64,000 nucleotides of DNA from Candidatus Latescibacterota bacterium (GTDB lineage: Bacteria > Latescibacterota > UBA2968 > UBA8231): assembly GCA_965206595.1 (NCBI GenBank), contig OZ242214.1:1920001-1984000 (forward strand). The letters are read 5' to 3'. Numbering within the stretch: position 1 is the stretch's first letter; each line of letters begins with the position of its first letter. The position numbers were made by a program, and so were the translations under genes. Under the pieces are notes generated by a model that saw nothing but the letters and a program-made list of their open reading frames with translations, had not been told where the DNA came from and did not search any database. Shown here piece by piece: positions 39,035-49,200 of this stretch.

Positions 39035-40243
39035 TCAGGTGGTTTGCGTTTTGTCCTCGGTACGGGTGCGCTCATCCACGAGCGCGGAAGCGAGCTCTCT
39101 GGCTTCGCTGTCGGCTTCGAGCACGTCATCGAGCGGCACGACGGTCCCCCAGCCAATCCCGCCACCTGCCTGCTCGCAAACTTCGCGGTTGATCTCGTAA
39201 ATGTCGAGAAAACCGATGCGCCCTTGGAGGAAGGCAGCCACGGCGATTTCGTCAGCGGCGTTGAGGGCCGCGGGTGCGCAACCGCCCGTCCTCCCGGCTT
39301 CGTAACAGAGCCGCAAACAGGGAAACCCGGTCCAATCCGGTTCCTCGAAGTGCAAGGCCCCGACGGCGGTCAGGTCGAGGGGCTCGAGGATGGCCGGTTC
39401 CCGCGCCGGATGGGTCAAGGCGTACTGGATCGGCAGTTTCATGTCGGTCCTGCCGAGGTGGGCGAGCCATGCCCCATCTGCAAACTCCACCATCGAGTGC
39501 ACGACCGATTCCCTGTGGACGAGGACGTCGATTTGGTCGATCTCCACGTCGAATAGCCACGAAGCTTCAATCACCTCGAAACCCTTGTTCATCAAGGTGC
39601 CCGAATCGACGGTGATCTTGCTACCCATCTTCCAGGTGGGATGAGCCAGGGCCTGCTGTGGAGTTACGGACATCATCTGCTCCCGAGTCAGGCCGCGGAA
39701 GGGGCCGCCCGATGCCGTCAGTATCACCCGCTTCAGGCTCTCCTTCGGTTCCCCGTGCAGGCACTGCCATATGGCGCTTGGCTCGCTGTCGATGGGGAGG
39801 ATCTCTCCTCCGTGAGCCCTGGCCGCATCCAAAATGATCCCTCCGGCCATGACAAGCGGCTCCTTGTTGGCCATGGCCACCTTCTTACCTGCGCTGACCG
39901 AGTCGAGAGTCGGCAGCAACCCCGCCGCACCTACCAGCCCGTTTATGACGACATCGACCTCGTCGATGACGGCAATCTCCCTGAGACCGGCGATCCCGGA
40001 GAGCACCGAGATCTCGGACGGCAGGCTCTCCCGCACACGGGTTTCGTCCTTGCCGTCGGCGACGCTGACCCAGCGGGGCCGCCAGACGCGTGCCCGCTCG
40101 ATGAGCTTGTCTACCCGGCGCCCGGCACTCAGGGCGACGACGCGAAACCGATCCCGTCCCAGGCTTTCGATGACGTCGAAGGTCGAGTCCCCTATGGATC
40201 CTGTGCATCCGAGGATGGCTACTGCGGTGGAATCCGGGTTCAT
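39035..40243 (-). CDS. dxr: 1-deoxy-D-xylulose 5-phosphate reductoisomerase
   Basis: LGCTGSIG, ANKE, PIDSE, TASGGPF, HPTWKMGSKITVDS, NKGFEVIEA. Confidence 0.96.
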   Translation of the reverse strand: MNPDSTAVAILGCTGSIGDSTFDVIESLGRDRFRVVALSAGRRVDKLIERARVWRPRWVSVADGKDETRVRESLPSEISVLSGIAGLREIAVIDEVDVVINGLVGAAGLLPTLDSVSAGKKVAMANKEPLVMAGGIILDAARAHGGEILPIDSEPSAIWQCLHGEPKESLKRVILTASGGPFRGLTREQMMSVTPQQALAHPTWKMGSKITVDSGTLMNKGFEVIEASWLFDVEIDQIDVLVHRESVVHSMVEFADGAWLAHLGRTDMKLPIQYALTHPAREPAILEPLDLTAVGALHFEEPDWTGFPCLRLCYEAGRTGGCAPAALNAADEIAVAAFLQGRIGFLDIYEINREVCEQAGGGIGWGTVVPLDDVLEADSEARELASALVDERTRTEDKTQTT

Positions 40244-40303
40244 CGCGCGTTGTGGTCGTCCGTGCCGCTTAGAAAAGGACGCTCTCTCTTCCCAGACGCT
40301 CAG

Positions 40304-41989
40304 CTAGCTGGGAACGCCGCGCGGCCTTCGCTGCTGGTGGCGACGGTGGTTGCCGTGGCGGTTGTTGTTGCGCTGATCGCTCTTCGGCCGCTGGCGTCCG
40401 GTGAAACGAACCGACCGGGTCTCTCGGACTACCATTACCTTCACCTCACCCGCGAAGGTAAGCTCGTTCTTGACGCGCTCGGCAATGTCGAAGGCCAGGA
40501 TTTCCGCATCGTCATCGCTTATGCGGTCACCGCGGACCATCACGCGGATCTCACGTCCGGCATTTATGGCATAGACGTCCTTCACCCCGTCGAACGAGTT
40601 GGCGATCTCCTCGAGCTTCATGATGCGGCGGGCATATCCCTCGAGATCTTCACGGCGCCCCCCGGGACGGCTCGACGAGATCGCGTCCGCCGCCTTCACC
40701 AGGAAACAGATCGGATTGAGGCGCTCGTGATCCTCGTGATGCTCGGCGATCACTTCCTTGACGACCGGGTGCTCCCCGTACCTGTCCGCCAGCTCCACAC
40801 CGAGGTCGATGTGAGTGCCCTTCATGTCGTGGCTGACGGTCTTGCCGATGTCGTGCAACAGTCCAGCCCTGCGCGCCAACTTGGCCTCGACCCCGATGTC
40901 GCCTGCCATCAGCCCAGCCAGATGCGCTACCTCCAGGCAGTGCTGCAGCTGGTTCTGACCGTAGCTGCTGCGGTACTTCAGGCGCCCTATCGTACGCGGC
41001 AGTTCCGGATGGTATTCGGTCGCCCCGATCTCTTTCAGCGCACACTTGCCGGCCTCCACCATTTCCGACTCGAGTTCTTTCCTGGCCGCTTCTACAACTT
41101 CATCGATTCGGTTGGGCGTGAACCCCCCATCCTTTACCAGCCGCTCCATCGAGAGCGCGGCGACCTCCCTCTTGATCGGATCGAAGGATGAAATCAGGAC
41201 GGTATCGGGAGTATCGTCGACCACGACCTTGACACCCGTAGCGTTCTCGAAAGCCCTGACGTTGCGCCCCTCCTTGCCGATGATGCGGCTCTTGAGGCCC
41301 TCATTGGGCAAGGCTACGGTCGCAGTGGAAAAGTGTTCAGCCTCTTCCACTGCGCAACGCTGAATCGCCTGCGCAATGATTTTGCGGGCTTCGCGGTCGG
41401 ACTCCTCTCGCGCCCGGGCGCGCTCCGCCCGTATCATCGCCGCCGCACTCCCCTTCACTTCAGCGGACAGGTTCTCCAGCAGCTGTTCCTTGGCCTCTTC
41501 TGCCGTAAGGTTGGCGACCATCTCCAGCCGCTGCCGGTACTGATCGCGCTTCTGGTTCAGTTCGGCCGCGGACTCGCTCACCGACTTTTGGCGGGCTGCG
41601 ACTTTGTGATCGTCGTCCTTCAGACGCGCCCAATCCTTGCGTAGATCCTCGCGTTTGCTGGTGAGTTCGCGATCCTTTGCAGCAACCGTGTTCTCCCGCT
41701 TTCCAATTTCGACGAGCTGGTTTTCCAGATCCTTCTCCTGCTCGGCCCTGGCCTTGTACCAGTTATCCTTCTCCTCCAGGATACTGATTCTTTGCGACCG
41801 CTCTTCCTCGGCGAGCCGGCGCGCTGCGCGTTTCTCGGCTTCTTCCTCCATGCGCGCCTGGCTGCTTTTCTTCAAAAAATGGAAAACCGAAAAACCGATC
41901 CCCGCTCCCAACACAAGGAGACCGGTGCAAAAGAGCGCCGCGAGCCAGACATCCACACTCGGGATGAAAGACTGCGTCGTGTTTACCAT
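40304..41989 (-). CDS. rny: Ribonuclease Y
   Basis: N-terminal TM, coiled coil, KH domain (RIIGKEGRN), HD domain (LLHDIGK), ADAISSSRPGGR. Confidence 0.95.
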   Translation of the reverse strand: MVNTTQSFIPSVDVWLAALFCTGLLVLGAGIGFSVFHFLKKSSQARMEEEAEKRAARRLAEEERSQRISILEEKDNWYKARAEQEKDLENQLVEIGKRENTVAAKDRELTSKREDLRKDWARLKDDDHKVAARQKSVSESAAELNQKRDQYRQRLEMVANLTAEEAKEQLLENLSAEVKGSAAAMIRAERARAREESDREARKIIAQAIQRCAVEEAEHFSTATVALPNEGLKSRIIGKEGRNVRAFENATGVKVVVDDTPDTVLISSFDPIKREVAALSMERLVKDGGFTPNRIDEVVEAARKELESEMVEAGKCALKEIGATEYHPELPRTIGRLKYRSSYGQNQLQHCLEVAHLAGLMAGDIGVEAKLARRAGLLHDIGKTVSHDMKGTHIDLGVELADRYGEHPVVKEVIAEHHEDHERLNPICFLVKAADAISSSRPGGRREDLEGYARRIMKLEEIANSFDGVKDVYAINAGREIRVMVRGDRISDDDAEILAFDIAERVKNELTFAGEVKVMVVRETRSVRFTGRQRPKSDQRNNNRHGNHRRHQQRRPRGVPS

Positions 41990-42118
41990 GGTAATTCACC
42001 GTTGACATCCAGTTAGTCGGGTTTGACTTGTAGTCCTTGAGTCCGGGTTCGTCCCTAGGCAAATGCGGCCTTGTCCTGATTCGGGCGAACACAGATCCTG
42101 CCTTCCCGCTACCGTCGG

Positions 42119-42138
42119 GCACGGAGCCGGCTCCGTGC
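42119..42138. terminator. Hairpin immediately downstream of the KamA-family gene
   Basis: Perfect palindrome GCACGGAGCCGGCTCCGTGC; no U-tract. Confidence 0.4.
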
Positions 42139-42145
42139 GGGGCCA

Positions 42146-43549
42146 TTACTTGCAATTCTCCCGCGCTTTCTGCATTGCGCCTGCGATCATCGCACGGCGC
42201 TCTTCGCTTCTGAGCCAGCGTTTAACCACATCCTCCGACAGCTCGTGAATGGGATCAAAAAACAGGAACAGTTCGCCGGGGCGAACCACCGGACTGAGGA
42301 ATACGGCAATTCCGAGTTCCTGGTCGTAGAATTCGTGAGAATGAACGTGCCGCTTGCCGCCGCCACCCATCGTGTCGACGACGAAGTTCGGCATGTGAAA
42401 TCCTGCGGTAACGCCGCGAATCTCCTTTTCCAGCCGCTGCGCCGCGGCCAGAGTCGTGCGCAACTCCTCGACTCCTTTCACCATGTCGTGAAGGAACACG
42501 TAGTACGGCTGAACGTTGATGTAACCGAGCCTGAGGACCAGCAGCTTCAAGGTATTCGCGTCGTCGTTCACGCCTCGTTGCAGCACCGCCTGATTGCGAA
42601 CGACCATGCCCTCCCCGGTCAATCGGTCCAAGGCAGCTTTCGTCAACGCGGTTATCTCGCGAGGGTGATTGAAGTGGGTGTGGAGCGCGACCTGCTTATG
42701 CTCGCGACGCCCGCGCTCGAACACGCTGCACAAGGCCGCCACCCAAGGTTCATCCGTCAGCAGCTTCTGTGGCATGACCGCAGGTCCCTTGGTGGCAAAC
42801 CGCAGTCTGCGGATGTGATCGATGTCCAGCAACCTGTCGCCAACGAGCTTGAGGTTTTCCGGCTTGAGGTTGTAGGCGTCGCCGCCGCTGATGACGATGT
42901 CCTCGAGCTCCGGGTGGTTGGCGACGTATGCAAAAACATCCTCCCAGCGCTTGGGGTTGACCCCGAAGCGGGCCTTCTCGACTTCTTCGGTGTCGAGCCC
43001 CACGGAATACGACCGGGTGCAGAACCGGCAGTAGACCGGACAGGTATCGAGCGCTAGGAACAGCCCCCGGTCGCGGTAGCGATGCGTGAGACCGGAAACC
43101 GGCGAGTCCGCCTGTTCATTCAGGGAATCGAGCCTGAGTTCGGGATGGTCCGGCGTTGTGCGCGAGGCCAACGGCAGGAATTGCGTGCGCAACGGATCGC
43201 CGTACGGCTCGCTCCAATCGATGAGGCTGACGATGTAGGGCGAAATGCGCACGCTCATCGTTGCGTTCCGCACCCCTCGCTCGGCGTCTTCCCAGAACCC
43301 GTCGGTGACCAAGCCCCCAAGAATTTCGCGGAGCTTGCGGACCGAGGTGATCGAGTTGCGACTCTGGAAACGGTGGTCGTTGAACTCCTCGGCACTCAAC
43401 CGCGAGTAGGCCGGGATTCGACGCCAGAAGTCGTCGTCGCGAAGCCGGCGGTGGTCGTCTCCCAAGTCGGAGCCAAGTGAGGTTGGAACCTCACCGGACG
43501 ACTTGTTTACGGCTGCGGACCACGCCGCGTCCTGGGCAGGCGTAGACAT
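42146..43549 (-). CDS. KamA-family radical SAM 2,3-aminomutase
   Basis: GLTHRY, CPVYCRFCTR, ISGGD, THFNHPREIT, NQAVLQRGVND, GGGGK. Confidence 0.9.
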   Translation of the reverse strand: MSTPAQDAAWSAAVNKSSGEVPTSLGSDLGDDHRRLRDDDFWRRIPAYSRLSAEEFNDHRFQSRNSITSVRKLREILGGLVTDGFWEDAERGVRNATMSVRISPYIVSLIDWSEPYGDPLRTQFLPLASRTTPDHPELRLDSLNEQADSPVSGLTHRYRDRGLFLALDTCPVYCRFCTRSYSVGLDTEEVEKARFGVNPKRWEDVFAYVANHPELEDIVISGGDAYNLKPENLKLVGDRLLDIDHIRRLRFATKGPAVMPQKLLTDEPWVAALCSVFERGRREHKQVALHTHFNHPREITALTKAALDRLTGEGMVVRNQAVLQRGVNDDANTLKLLVLRLGYINVQPYYVFLHDMVKGVEELRTTLAAAQRLEKEIRGVTAGFHMPNFVVDTMGGGGKRHVHSHEFYDQELGIAVFLSPVVRPGELFLFFDPIHELSEDVVKRWLRSEERRAMIAGAMQKARENCK

Positions 43550-43869
43550 CTGATCCGGGGGGCTACCCAGCGCTGCCACCAGTTTGCAATAACTGGGGAA
43601 CCGCGCCGGGTCCGGAAGAGAGGGGTTGGAAATGCAGCTGGCGAACCTTCGACTGCCATGCAACTCACATGGCGAATCGCCCGGTTAGCTTAGAGGTCGG
43701 GAATTTCGCTGACTGTGCCGCTTCTACCGTCAGTCCGGCAATCGACGATCATTTCCGGCTCCTTTGCCGATTGCCCTGCATCGACGTAGCAGGCTAACCG
43801 CGCAGGCCGATTCGTCTTGCCGCACAGGCCCGGGCCTCCAGACTAACTGCCTCTCTCCGGCGACTTCCC

Positions 43870-44478
43870 CTACCCCGCTTCCCCGAAACGCCGCGCCACC
43901 TCGTCCCAGTTGATGACGTTGAAGAAGGCGGCAATGTAGTCGGGGCGACGATTCTGGTAGGTCAGGTAGTAGGCGTGCTCCCAGACATCGAGTCCGAGAA
44001 TGGGTGTTCCTTCCCCCGTCATCAGGGGATTGTCCTGGTTGGGAGTGCTCATCACGCTGAGCTTGCCACCATTGGCGACGAGCCATGCCCAGCCACTGCC
44101 GAAACGCTTGGCTCCGGCGTCGGAGAAAGCCTCCTTGAAGGAGTCGAAACCGCCAAGGTCGCTGTCGATGGCCGCAGCGATGTCGCCCGAAGGAGCTCCT
44201 TCTCCTGGTCCCATGACGGTCCAGAACAGGCTGTGGTTGGCATGTCCTCCGGCGTTGTTCCGAACAGCGGTGCTGATGTCCTCGGGCACCGAACCGAGAT
44301 CGGCGATCAACTCCTCGACATCTTTTGCCGCGAGATCGCCATGCCCCTCGAGAGCTGTGTTCGCGTTGGTGATGTACGTGTTGTGGTGCTTTGAGTGGTG
44401 TATCTCCATCGTGCGCGCGTTGATGTGGGGTTCAAGGGCATCATATGCGTACGGGAGATCAGGAAGACTGTAGGCCAT
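43870..44478 (-). CDS. sodA: Mn/Fe superoxide dismutase
   Basis: [32 protein letters not shown]. Confidence 0.93.
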   Translation of the reverse strand: MAYSLPDLPYAYDALEPHINARTMEIHHSKHHNTYITNANTALEGHGDLAAKDVEELIADLGSVPEDISTAVRNNAGGHANHSLFWTVMGPGEGAPSGDIAAAIDSDLGGFDSFKEAFSDAGAKRFGSGWAWLVANGGKLSVMSTPNQDNPLMTGEGTPILGLDVWEHAYYLTYQNRRPDYIAAFFNVINWDEVARRFGEAG

Positions 44479-44616
44479 GACTCATCCTTTCGTGAATTTG
44501 AATATTGGAGTGTTCGCTGCAAAAAAAATGCGCCACCGCGCAGTCGCTTCCGTCGGCAACGCATCTGAGTTGAGAAATAAGGGATTTCCGGGAACCGATG
44601 CGAGGGGTGTTTGCAA

Positions 44617-45000
44617 TCAACTCTCCGCGATCTGCCGCTTGGCGAGATCGGCCAAAGCTGCCCGAATGGCGTCCTCGGCGAGAACGGAACAGTGTACTTT
44701 CATGGGGGGAAGCCCGCCCAACGCCAGTACCACGTCCTGCTTGCTGATGCGGGAAATCTCTTCGACGGTGGTGCCGGTGACCATTTCGGTCAGGATCGAA
44801 CCTGCGGCAATGGCAGCTGCGCAACCGAAGGATTTGAAGGATGCGCGTTCGGCGCGCCCGTCCGCAATGGACAGATACAAGTGAAGAACGTCCCCGCAGG
44901 CTGAATTTTCAGCTATCCCAACCGCGTCTGCGCCTTCAATAATGCCGGTGTTGCGCGGATTCCGGAAATGATCAAGAACGGTATTACTGTAACCGGACAC
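44617..45000 (-). CDS. IscU/NifU-like Fe-S scaffold
   Basis: DHFRNPRN, ACGD, FGCAAAIA, LPPMKVHCS. Confidence 0.92.
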   Translation of the reverse strand: MSGYSNTVLDHFRNPRNTGIIEGADAVGIAENSACGDVLHLYLSIADGRAERASFKSFGCAAAIAAGSILTEMVTGTTVEEISRISKQDVVLALGGLPPMKVHCSVLAEDAIRAALADLAKRQIAES

Positions 45001-45109
45001 GGGAAAAATAACCTTGTAAGTAACTGTTAATCAGTAGGTTCCGCTATTTTACAAGCGGCGAAAATGTACTCGGCTTCCATGCGGATGTCAACCGCGGAGG
45101 TCGGGGGCA

Positions 45110-45427
45110 TCAGGTACTGAGGTCGAGAGTACCTGTCGCCCCTTGGCTGTTCTGCCAGTAGGCGCGCGCATGCTTGACCAGATCCCACATCACCGTTTCG
45201 GAAGCAACCGCGTCTACCAAGCGGTACATGCTTTCCCTCTTCTCCTCTTCGATCAGACCAAGTCCACCCATCATGGTCAGATGATGAACGAGTCCTGTCT
45301 GCAGCAAGGTCCGGTTCATTTCTGCCAGGCCAATTGTACTTTTGGTCTCGAATTCCTCCATCAATCCCTCGTAAAGCTGGGCGAGTTCGTTCGACAAGGT
45401 GGCCTCGATCTCAAAAACCAGATCCAT
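45110..45427 (-). CDS. Hypothetical protein (105 aa, helical)
   Basis: AAGGA RBS, MDLVFEIEATL..., natural composition. Confidence 0.6.
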   Translation of the reverse strand: MDLVFEIEATLSNELAQLYEGLMEEFETKSTIGLAEMNRTLLQTGLVHHLTMMGGLGLIEEEKRESMYRLVDAVASETVMWDLVKHARAYWQNSQGATGTLDLST

Positions 45428-45584
45428 GGCAAGAGTCCTTTTCGGGATGTTTCGGGGATCTTCTGACAGAAACCCGAACGGGCAAGTGCTTCTGCAACCC
45501 TCCTTCGGGCACAACCCTACGGAAGCTGCGTCGATCTGCCTCGGGCGGTCGATTCATGACTCGGAAAAGGCCTTTGTGGTTCCA

Positions 45585-45737
45585 TCAGGGACCTCTCGAC
45601 AACAGGCGCCAGCCGTAATAGAGAAAGGCCGCTATCAGGGCGATACAACCGGCTGCGACCAGGATGTCGAATAACACTTTCAGCGCAAAGAAGGCGCCGA
45701 CGGCCAGCATCAAACCTCCCAGTATCTTGACCAACAT
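45585..45737 (-). CDS. Small membrane protein (50 aa)
   Basis: GGAGAG RBS; MLVKILGGLMLAVGAFFALKVLF...YYGWRLL, two TMs. Confidence 0.6.
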   Translation of the reverse strand: MLVKILGGLMLAVGAFFALKVLFDILVAAGCIALIAAFLYYGWRLLSRGP

Positions 45738-46092
45738 CTCCTCTCCGATCCTCCTCTTTTCAAGCGACCCTGTGCCAACCTGTCCATCGAAGGCCAGCTC
45801 CGTGACGGCAGGTGGTGAAAGTGGCTCCAAAACCGAGGTCGGGCAATCGATCCGGGGATGCATTATCCCACCTCACCAAGACAACAGGCTGATTAATTCC
45901 AGCGGTCCGGGATGCTGCCGGCGGTCCGCAAGAGTGGCCGGAAACATTTTCAGTCATCTATCCTTGTCTACGGCCTGTCCTTGGGGACGGCCGCTTTGGG
46001 AAACGATGACCGTGGCCGCCTCCCCTGGCAGGGCTGTTTGGAGCTCGTTATCATTGACCCTCCTGTCTTCTTTCTACGGAAACCATCTGAAA

Positions 46093-47550
46093 ATGTCCAC
46101 GGCACCAGTCCTTGTGGGTCTTTGCCTATACCTCCTGTCGATGCTGGCCATCGGCCTGTGGGCCAGCCGGCGGATCGCAGTCTCGGAGGACTACATAGTC
46201 GCCGGCAAGCGTTTGTCCCTCCTGCTGGCGACCGGAACCCTTGCGGCCACCTGGTTCGGGGGGGGACTCTGCATCGGGGCGGCGAGCGCTGCCTATTCCG
46301 GCGGTTTCCTGGCGGTCATTGCCGATCCCTTCGGCGCGGCACTGTGCCTTTTTCTGGCCGGCCTCTTCTACGTGCGCATGCTGCGGCGCATGGGCCTGAT
46401 GACGATCGCTTCCTTTTTCACCAGCCGTTTCGACGGCCGCGCCGGACTGCTGGCGAGCCTGTGCACCATCCCCGCGTACGTCGGCTGGGTCGCTTCGTTG
46501 ATGGTTGCCTTCGGCAAGGTGCTGCAGTCCCTGACCGGCATGGATCCCACGACCGGCATCCTGCTGGCCGCCGCAGTGGTGTTGGTCTACACCTGGGCCG
46601 GGGGCATGTGGGCGGTCACCCTGACCGATTTCGTCCAGCTGACCATCCTGATCGCGGGGATGCTGATCATAACGCCGATGTTGCTGGCCGACATGGGCGG
46701 CTGGTCCACCATCGCTGCGCGCATACCCGAAGACAGGTTCCACCTGTACCCACGGGATGCCGGTGCTTCCGGCTGGTTCGCCTATGCCCGCGATTGGCTG
46801 GTGATCGGCCTGGGCAACCTCGCCGGGCAGGATCTGGTGCAGCGCTCCCTCTCCAGCCGCGACGAAAAGGTCGCCTGCCGCAGCGCCTACCTCGCCTGCC
46901 TGATCTACGCAACTATCGGACTGTTGCCGGTGCTCCTCGGGATGGCGGGAGCCGTCATTCTTCCCGGCCTCGAGGAACCCGATCTCGTGATGATGGAGCT
47001 CGCTTCGAGGTATCTGCCGACAGCGGCGCTGGCCTTGTTCGCCGGGGCCCTCGTCTCCGCCCTGCTTAGCAGCGCCGACAGCGCCCTGCTCGCCCCGGCA
47101 AGCGTGGTCGGCTGGGACGTGGTCCGTTTCTTCAACCCCAACGCGCAGGAGAGGACGTCCCTCCGCATCGCCCGCATTTCGGTGCTGCTGCTCGGGGTAA
47201 TCTCCCTGGCACTCGCCCTCCACAAGACCTCGGTCTACGACCTGATGGTCGACTCCTGGTCGGTGCTGCTCGCCACGTTGTTCGTGCCCCTCACCGGGGG
47301 ACTCTGGTGGTCACGCGCAAACGCCACCGGGGCCTTGGCGGCGATCGCTGTCGGCCTGGTCTCCTGGCTGTTGTTCGTCTTCTTGCTGCCGCAGCTGCCC
47401 GGTGACCTGCTCGCCGTGCCTTTCGCCGTTGCTGCGCTAGTTGTCGGCAGCCTTGCCGGTTCGCAGCCTCCACGCCCCCTGACGGACGCCGAGGGCCGCG
47501 TTCTCCCTCCGGAGAACCGACTGGGATGGCCCTTCGGCAATTCGCAATGA
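46093..47550 (+). CDS. Sodium:solute symporter family
   Basis: EDYIVAGK, ATWFGGG, YTWAGGMWAVTLTDFVQ, QDLVQR, SALLSSADS. Confidence 0.92.
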   Translation: MSTAPVLVGLCLYLLSMLAIGLWASRRIAVSEDYIVAGKRLSLLLATGTLAATWFGGGLCIGAASAAYSGGFLAVIADPFGAALCLFLAGLFYVRMLRRMGLMTIASFFTSRFDGRAGLLASLCTIPAYVGWVASLMVAFGKVLQSLTGMDPTTGILLAAAVVLVYTWAGGMWAVTLTDFVQLTILIAGMLIITPMLLADMGGWSTIAARIPEDRFHLYPRDAGASGWFAYARDWLVIGLGNLAGQDLVQRSLSSRDEKVACRSAYLACLIYATIGLLPVLLGMAGAVILPGLEEPDLVMMELASRYLPTAALALFAGALVSALLSSADSALLAPASVVGWDVVRFFNPNAQERTSLRIARISVLLLGVISLALALHKTSVYDLMVDSWSVLLATLFVPLTGGLWWSRANATGALAAIAVGLVSWLLFVFLLPQLPGDLLAVPFAVAALVVGSLAGSQPPRPLTDAEGRVLPPENRLGWPFGNSQ

Positions 47551-47675
47551 TCCGCGTTTCCCAAAGGCCGGCACCGACCGGTTCTTTGCGGGAACAAAAC
47601 CGCTCCGTAAAATTCATATAACTTGTCCGCCGCGGTGGCGGACAATAATCCCACAAAGGAGGAATCGCCTGGCTC

Positions 47676-48578
47676 ATGTTTGGCAGGACATACCCGACGC
47701 TCACTCGCGCTTGGCCGGCGGCTGTCTCCATGGCGGTTGCCCTGCTGTCACTTACCCGTTGCGCCCCGGACCCGGAAATCACTTCAGATGACGGTGCAAC
47801 GATGCTGCTCATCCCGGAAGGGGAATTCACCATGGGTGCGGAGGAGGGGGAGCTCGCGGATTTCGAAATGGGCAGGTACCTCAACTACGAAGCGGAGCGC
47901 CCTTCCCGGCGGGTTTCATTGGCCAGCTTCTACATCGATCGCCACGAGGTGACCAACGCTCGTTACCGCAAGTTTCTCGCCCACGTGAAGGCGTCCGGCG
48001 ACGAGGCCTATCGGCATCCCGAGCAGCCGGATGGACAGGATTACAACCAGGATCTGATGACGGAAAATCTCGCCGGCGACGACCAACCGGCCGTGTGCGT
48101 GTCCTGGTACAACGCCCATGCGTATTGCCAATGGGCAGGCAAACGCCTGCCTACCGAAGCGGAGTGGGAGTACACTGCCCGGGGGGGAGATCCCTACAGG
48201 AAGTATCCCTGGGGAGGGAGTGAACCGGACGGCGACGGCATCTGGTGGGCGAACTACCAACCGGCTCGAGGACGCGGCGCCGACGGGTACCGGCTGTCGG
48301 CACCGGTCGGATCCTTTCCCGACGGCGTCAGTCCCTTTGGCCTTCTCGACATGGCGGGGAACGTCGAGGAATGGGTCCAGGACTGGCACGACCCCCATTA
48401 TTACAGGCGCTCAAAAGAAACCCTGAATCCAACCGGCCCGGCAAAGGGGCGCAACAAGGTCGTCAAGGGGGGCTCGTACGCCACCGACAAATGGCACATC
48501 CGCGTCGCAACCCGCCTGTTCGGAAGACCTTCGCACCGGAGCGTGCAACTCGGATTCCGCTGTGCCCGCGATCTTTAA
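47676..48578 (+). CDS. Exported FGE-sulfatase (SUMF1/EgtB/PvdO) domain protein
   Basis: IPEGEFTMG, HEVTN, RLPTEAEWE, DMAGNVEEW, KGGS, GFRCA. Confidence 0.9.
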   Translation: MFGRTYPTLTRAWPAAVSMAVALLSLTRCAPDPEITSDDGATMLLIPEGEFTMGAEEGELADFEMGRYLNYEAERPSRRVSLASFYIDRHEVTNARYRKFLAHVKASGDEAYRHPEQPDGQDYNQDLMTENLAGDDQPAVCVSWYNAHAYCQWAGKRLPTEAEWEYTARGGDPYRKYPWGGSEPDGDGIWWANYQPARGRGADGYRLSAPVGSFPDGVSPFGLLDMAGNVEEWVQDWHDPHYYRRSKETLNPTGPAKGRNKVVKGGSYATDKWHIRVATRLFGRPSHRSVQLGFRCARDL

Positions 48579-48590
48579 GGCGAGGTTGCC

Positions 48591-49073
48591 GTGAGTTGCC
48601 GTAACCTCGAGCAGCACCGGGTCGGAGTCGTTGCCGATACCCATGGCTTCTTCGATCCCCGGATTCCAAACCTGTTCGAATCGGTCGATCTGATTCTTCA
48701 TGCCGGCGACGTCGGCGGGCGGGAGATCCTGCGCAAGCTCGCCGAGATAGCGCCAGTCGTAGCGGTCCAGGGCAACGTCGATCCGGGAACCGATTGCGGA
48801 GATCTTCCCGAAGCCGCCTGGGTCAGCATCGGCAAGCTCGACATCTACATGACCCACATCCTCACCCCACCCCAAGCGGATTCACCCCCGTCCGTCGATG
48901 CGCGCCTGATTCTCTTCGGGCACAGTCACCGGCAGCATCTCTCGGAACACTTGGGGACCTTGTATTTCAACCCGGCGAGCGCCGGCAGGAAGCGGTTCGC
49001 AAATCCTCGTTCGGTCGGCATGCTGGAGCTTGCCGGTGAGGAGGTCACCGCGACCTTCCTGTCTCTGGAATGA
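48591..49073 (+). CDS. YfcE-like metallophosphoesterase
   Basis: ADTHG, HAGD, GNVD, GHSH, NPAS. Confidence 0.9.
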   Translation: MSCRNLEQHRVGVVADTHGFFDPRIPNLFESVDLILHAGDVGGREILRKLAEIAPVVAVQGNVDPGTDCGDLPEAAWVSIGKLDIYMTHILTPPQADSPPSVDARLILFGHSHRQHLSEHLGTLYFNPASAGRKRFANPRSVGMLELAGEEVTATFLSLE

Positions 49074-49200
49074 CCGGCATCAGCAGGGCGGAGCAATGGG
49101 TTGACAGCACCCCTTCTGCAGCAATAACTATTCTCCGTCGGCAAACGCCGACCGGACAGCGGAACAACAACTGCAACACTAGCGAACGAGGAAAACGACG

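Noticed and set aside
41990-42145. 6S RNA upstream of rny
   Set aside because: Only about 155 bp, no zapA/zapB context, and no long rod with central bubble evident by eye
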